From: a virus
Lineage: Duplodnaviria > Caudoviricetes
Virus record (IMG/VR): IMGVR_UViG_3300025810_000078
Span: 1 to 24,520 of that record
Length of the DNA: 24,520 bases
Reading direction: 5' to 3' (one strand)
Shown: piece by piece, positions 22,098-24,520 of the stretch
Layout of the letters: each line of letters begins with the position of its first letter
Position numbering within the stretch: the first letter of the stretch is position 1
Position numbers and translations under genes: made by a program
Notes under the pieces: model-generated
Told to the model about the DNA's origin: nothing
Seen by the model: the letters and a program-made list of their open reading frames with translations, nothing else
Databases searched by the model: none

Positions 22098-24451
22098 TGA
22101 AAAACTTCCTAGATAATTGGCGCCGCCAACGAGACGCTAACAGACTAGCAGGTGGCATGGAAGGCACGCAAGAATACATGCGCCGCAAGGCGATGGTGGA
22201 TAATGCGCCAGTGGGCGCAGTGGGCGCGCCAAGCGGAATCGCAGAACATCAGAACGCACTAGGCGGCGACGCACTAACAAACCTCGGCGCACTAGGCTCG
22301 TTCGCGCCAGTAATTGGCGATGCTGTTGGGCTGGCGACTGATGCGCGCTATTTATACATGAATCCTGAAGAACGCACGCCATTGAACTACGGCCTAACGG
22401 CTATGGGCGCTCTACCTTTTGTTCCAGCAATGTCGGCAATGACAGCATTCCACGGCTCGCCGCACAAATTTGACGTTTTCGATATGAAGAAGGTAGGAAC
22501 GGGCGAAGGCGCACAAGCTTACGGGCATGGGCTATATTTTGCTGAAAATCCAAAAGTCGCAGAAAACTATGCTGATCAAGTTCCGCTCTCTGAAGTCAAA
22601 CGGAATTTTTTAGACACGTTACCGGAAGATGCAGAATTTGAGGAACTACTTGATCTGATCGGCACCAAGACTTTTTCCGAGCAACAAGAGCAAGTAATCC
22701 AGGCGCTAGCCGCCGATGACTGGTTAGGATTTGATTACCCCTCGCAGGCCATTAGTGCGGCGTATAGTAAAAATCTAAAAAACTGGGATCCTTCGCCCGC
22801 ACTGATTGAAGCGGTAAGCGGTAGCAAAAATCTTTACGAAGTTGACATTCCTGATGCAGCAATCGATAAGATGCTTGATTGGAATAAGCCGTTAAGAGAG
22901 CAGCCGGAGAGTGTTCAGAAAGCGATGGGGGATCTATGGCCTGATCCCGCAATGACTGGAGGAGAGGCATACACTAGACTGGCTCGTATGCCTGGATTTG
23001 TCGGTGATGCAAGAAGGACGCAAGGCATAGACGGGGCGTATTCGTCGCAAAACATTGTAAGTCAGAGATTAAATGATGAGCTAGGCATACCAGGAATAAA
23101 ATACTTCGATAGTGGATCGCGCGCCGCCAGCGAAGGAACACGTAACTTTGTCGTTTTTGATGACAAATTACCGACCGTGTTGAAACGTAATGATGAGCCT
23201 ATTAATGCGCTAGGTATGGGCAACGACCTACCAGAAGAACGCTTACTGACTACGCATAACTTGAGCGACGCCAATCTATTAAACGCGAATCAGATAGGTG
23301 GCTTACCTATGCCGTCTATCGCGGTAGTAGATGCCGAGAAGCCATTAACAGGATTCGGCGAGATTACCCTGGTAGGTGATTCTACATTAGCCACGCCTGG
23401 ACGCATGAATCCAGTGTACTCATCTGACGCATACACGGCTCGCCATCCTGGAGTAATTAACGAGCTTTCTAAGGCAGGCGAAAAGCAAATAGAAGACCGT
23501 CTAGCTGACTCCATGAAGGCGACCGGAATGCGGTACTCATACGGCGCCGATCAGTTTAGCGAATCTGGTGCGCGCGCATTTCGTAACGACCGAGCAGCGC
23601 TACATGCCTTTATTACTGAAAAAGGCATTACGCCAATTGGTAGCGATGGGCCATATGAATCCTATGACATGAGAAAGCAGATCCGTGAAGCGGGACTAGA
23701 TGAAGAATTCGATCAGTGGGTTAATGACTTAATTCCAGAAGATGAGATAACTCGCAAATTGTTCGCAGGCTACACACCATCAGGTAATCGACGATACAAG
23801 CCATACACTGCTGAGAACGCTGTGAAGCTAATGAAGGCAGACGAAGGCGAAAGTGTAAGCATGTATGGCGCTGGCGCAATGCGCGGCAAACTATCGCCCA
23901 AGTTTAAGAATCTGAAGGAAGTGAAGAAGGCGCGCGGCAGACTAGTATCGGCGGATGAGATGCAAGCCATCAAGGACGCTAACGAAGCGAAGCTTGACAC
24001 CTTGCTGGATGACCTAAACGAATTCCGCAAATATAAATCAAGCGAACATTGGGATCGACCTGCGCAGATGGAGGAACTAACTGATGTATTAGCAGGCAAA
24101 GATTCATGGAGCGAACTATATCCAAACTTGCCGGATGAATTAAAACAACGCGCATACGAATATAAGGAATCCATCTCAGATATGCCTACTGAATACTTTG
24201 AAGCGAAACCGCGTCGCGTGGTAGATGTGGGTGAATTCCAAGGCGCTATAGTTCCGCAAAACGCTAGCCAGGATGTTATAAACGCGCTATCAGGCGCTGG
24301 AATCTCTCGCATAGAACAGTACGCGGATGAAGCAGATCGCATTGCCAAGTTTAAGCAATTCCAAGATCTAATGTACCAAGTGGCGCCATTCGGCGTTGGC
24401 TTAGGCGTCGCCAGCCAGCTGTATCGACCGAGTTCACAAGATGAGATATAA
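22097..24451 (+). CDS. Polyvalent protein: pre-toxin-like N-terminus + ART-PolyVal-like domain + second ART-fold-like domain
   Basis: SFAPVIGDAVGL...ALPFVP. FHGSPHKFDVFD...GTGEGAQAYGHGLYFAE...LYEVDIP...GIKYFD...RNFVVFDD. HNLSDANL...GGLPMPSIAV...FGEITL...DAYT...YFEAKP...EFQGAIVP. Confidence 0.75.
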   Translation: MKNFLDNWRRQRDANRLAGGMEGTQEYMRRKAMVDNAPVGAVGAPSGIAEHQNALGGDALTNLGALGSFAPVIGDAVGLATDARYLYMNPEERTPLNYGLTAMGALPFVPAMSAMTAFHGSPHKFDVFDMKKVGTGEGAQAYGHGLYFAENPKVAENYADQVPLSEVKRNFLDTLPEDAEFEELLDLIGTKTFSEQQEQVIQALAADDWLGFDYPSQAISAAYSKNLKNWDPSPALIEAVSGSKNLYEVDIPDAAIDKMLDWNKPLREQPESVQKAMGDLWPDPAMTGGEAYTRLARMPGFVGDARRTQGIDGAYSSQNIVSQRLNDELGIPGIKYFDSGSRAASEGTRNFVVFDDKLPTVLKRNDEPINALGMGNDLPEERLLTTHNLSDANLLNANQIGGLPMPSIAVVDAEKPLTGFGEITLVGDSTLATPGRMNPVYSSDAYTARHPGVINELSKAGEKQIEDRLADSMKATGMRYSYGADQFSESGARAFRNDRAALHAFITEKGITPIGSDGPYESYDMRKQIREAGLDEEFDQWVNDLIPEDEITRKLFAGYTPSGNRRYKPYTAENAVKLMKADEGESVSMYGAGAMRGKLSPKFKNLKEVKKARGRLVSADEMQAIKDANEAKLDTLLDDLNEFRKYKSSEHWDRPAQMEELTDVLAGKDSWSELYPNLPDELKQRAYEYKESISDMPTEYFEAKPRRVVDVGEFQGAIVPQNASQDVINALSGAGISRIEQYADEADRIAKFKQFQDLMYQVAPFGVGLGVASQLYRPSSQDEI

Positions 24452-24520
24452 CCTATTCGGTGTTGGCCAGAAAGGCAAAAGCGTAGACGTTTCTACCCAA
24501 GAACGTACCAACCTATTCAT
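24441..24520 (+). CDS. P22 gp10-like tail hub / DNA-stabilisation protein (partial 5' end; not in the ORF track)
   Basis: MRYNLFGVGQKGKSVDVSTQERTNLF..., resembling gp10-like N-termini. Overlaps the end of the previous gene. Only 26 codons are visible. Confidence 0.55.
   Translation, partial: MRYNLFGVGQKGKSVDVSTQERTNLF

Noticed and set aside
4024-24348. Numerous minus-strand ORFs opposite the rightward genes (e.g. 4515-4997, 14017-14484, 23770-24348), including a possible antisense immunity gene for the ART-like protein
   Set aside because: They lie fully antisense to motif-bearing genes, have Ser/Arg-rich shadow composition and no convincing SD.

Overview
This 24.5 kb window is part of a tailed dsDNA phage genome with a P22-like (podovirus-type) head module. 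The host is probably Gram-negative, because there is an overlapping Rz/Rz1-like spanin pair. From left to right it contains: (1) a leftward early operon with four small genes sharing near-identical translation starts, a Sak4-like AAA ATPase, a DUF669-like SSB and a Cas4-like PD-(D/E)XK nuclease cut by the window edge; (2) a divergent, quasi-palindromic promoter region; (3) a rightward replication block with a PrimPol-PriCT-helicase fusion, an AT-rich hairpin, a RuvC-like resolvase, DUF6378 and a Cys-rich protein; (4) an unusually long lysis cassette and a metallophosphoesterase; (5) Thr/Ser-rich structural-like genes placed upstream of the terminase; (6) TerS, TerL, portal, scaffold, coat, a gp4-like adaptor and the start of a gp10-like gene. 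Two insertions in the virion module stand out. One is a GT-A glycosyltransferase fused to a SAM methyltransferase directly after the coat gene (candidate virion glycosylation/glycan methylation). The other is a 784-aa protein between the gp4-like and gp10-like genes, carrying a pre-toxin-like N-terminus and two different putative ADP-ribosyltransferase-fold domains (candidate injected effector). All family calls come from motif recognition by eye; no database searches were run.
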